DNA from: Somniosus microcephalus | Taxonomy: Eukaryota | Direction: 5' to 3' | NCBI GenBank assembly: GCA_052327205.1 | Contig: CM126224.1 | Location: forward strand, 28,086,001 to 28,150,000 | DNA length: 64,000 bases | Part shown: in pieces, positions 62,319 through 64,000 of the stretch | Layout: every line of letters begins with the position of its first letter | How positions within the stretch are numbered: position 1 is the stretch's first letter | Program-made: the position numbers and the translations under genes | The notes under the pieces: model-generated | Seen by the model: only the letters and a program-made list of their open reading frames with translations | Told to the model about the DNA's origin: nothing | Database searches by the model: none

Positions 62319-63725
62319 TAGGGTTGCCAACCCTCCAGGATTGGCCTGGAGTCTCCAGATATTAATCTCCAGGAGACCCAGGAGAAAAAGCATAGGGGCA
62401 TTAAAACAAATTGTATGTTGATTTCATTTTCTTTGAGCACTTTCATTTATTAGTTGTTAAAATATTGTAGATGGGAAAATTGGCTGTTTGACGGACAGTC
62501 AAGAATCATCCACTTGAGTAATAAAGAGTCTGTTCACCTTACACTTGGTATGGGAAGGCGATGCAGCACAAGGACAGACGTGGGGGGGCAGGCCAATGGT
62601 GGGAGTGCGGGGGGGGGGGGGCGGGCCAACGGTGGGAGTGCGGGGGGGGGGGGCGGGCCAACGGTGGGAGTGCGGGGGGGGGGGGGGCGGGCCAACGGTG
62701 GGAGTGCGGGGGGGGGGGGCGGGCCAACGGTGGGAGTGCGGGGGGGGGGCGGGCCAACGGTGGGAGTGCGGGGGGGGGGTGGGCCAACGGTGGGAGTGCG
62801 GGGGGGGGGCGGGCTAACGGTGGGAGTGCGGGGGGGGGGGGGCGGGCCAACGGTGGGAGTGCGGGGGGGGGGCGGGCCAACGGTGGGAGTGCGGGGGGGG
62901 GGGGGCGGGCCAACGGTGGGAGTGCGGGGGGGGGCCAACGGTGGGAGTGCGGGGGGGGGGGGCCAACGGTGGGAGTGCGGGGGGGGGGGGCCAACGGTGG
63001 GAGTGCGGGGGGGGGCCAACGGTGGGAGTGCGGGGGGGGCGGGCCAACGGTGGGAGTGCGGGGGGCGGGCCAACGGTGGGAGCGCGGGGGGCGGGCCAAC
63101 GGTGGGAGCGCGGGGGGCGGGCCAACGGTGGGAGTGCGGGGGCGCGGGCCAACGGTGGGAGTGCGGGGGGGCGGGCCAACGGTGGGAGTGCGGGGGGCGG
63201 GCCAACGGTGGGAGTGCGGGGGGCGGGCGGGCCAACGATGGGAGTGCGGGGGGCGGGCCAACGGTGGGAGTGCGGGGGGGGCCCAATGATGGGCGTGTGG
63301 GGGGCGGGCCAACGGTGGGAGTGCGGGGGGGGGCGGGCCAACGGTGGGAGTGCGGGGGGGGCGGGCCAACGGTGGGAGTGCGGGGGGGGCGGGCCAACGG
63401 TGGGAGTGCGGGGGGGGGGGGGGGCGGGCCAACGGTGGGAGTGCGGGGGGGGGGGCGGGCCAACGGTGGGAGTGCGGGGGGGGGGCGGGCCAACGGTGGG
63501 AGTGCGGGGGGGGGGCGGGCCAACGGTGGGAGTGCGAGGGGGGCGGGCCAACGGTGGGAGTGCGGGGGGGCGGGCCAACGGTGGGAGTGCGGGGGGGCGG
63601 GCCAACGATGGGAGCGCGGGGGGCAGGCCAACGATGGGAGCGCGGGGGCAGGCCAATCCGGTTGGATGCGAAAGATCATGTGATGAAACCTCCAGGACTA
63701 CGTCCAACCAGATTTGGCAACCCTG
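62319..63725. mobile_element. Non-autonomous hAT element (Blackjack-like TIRs)
   Basis: TIRs TAGGGTTGCCAA / TTGGCAACCCTG. The 8-bp flanks GCACAGTC and GCACGACC both derive from the L2 sequence GCACGGCC. Confidence 0.85.
62581..63656 (+). repeat. G-rich minisatellite, unit CGGGCCAACGGTGGGAGTGC(G)n, roughly 40 copies
   Basis: Read directly; G-run length varies between units. Confidence 0.97.
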
Positions 63726-64000
63726 GCACGACCGCCAATAAGACCAGCCAATAAGATGGCATTTCTTCACAACGGGGTTCTCTTTCACTCTTCTTTCCTC
63801 TCCCCCCTGCCTCCAAAAGTAAAGCACTGAGTCCATTGGCCCAGTCGAGTACAGGCAAATAGAGAGCACGTGATGAATGCTCATCATGCACGGTATCGAA
63901 TTTAGGTTTTAAAGTGGGAGGCCAATCCTCGTATATCTCTAGTTATTGAGGGGCTACCTTTCCTCTCCATGAAAGACTGGTGACTCACTCAGGCTTCAGG

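Noticed and set aside
62454-63887. Long Gly-rich and Pro-rich ORFs (up to 409 aa) on both strands
   Set aside because: They are translations of a stop-free G-rich minisatellite whose variable G runs shift frame; not proteins.

Overview
Eukaryotic, repeat-rich, apparently non-coding DNA (large intron or gene desert). It is most likely from a cartilaginous fish (shark), judged from its repeat families: HER1/CR1 LINEs, HE1 V-SINE, SacSINE1/DeuSINE-like SINEs, L2, Penelope-like GIY-YIG retroelements, Harbinger fossils and MITEs, and hAT and Tigger-like MITEs. I found no supportable host protein-coding exon, rRNA, real tRNA or CRISPR array. Every recognisable ORF is a transposon fragment or a low-complexity artefact. 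The most notable signals are: (i) minimal type-I hammerhead ribozyme motifs at Penelope-like element ends, one fully intact at 14777-14813 (-); (ii) a ~228-bp fold-back element built only from two inverted ribozyme-bearing ends, with a perfect 13-bp target-site duplication (28759-28986) and older degenerate relatives; (iii) two long inverted repeats (20914-21706, 47409-48254); (iv) a G-quadruplex-prone minisatellite expanded inside a hAT element; (v) a two-gene Harbinger fossil; (vi) several nested insertions that order the families in time. Family names come from recognised motifs, not database searches. Boundaries of degenerate repeats are approximate.
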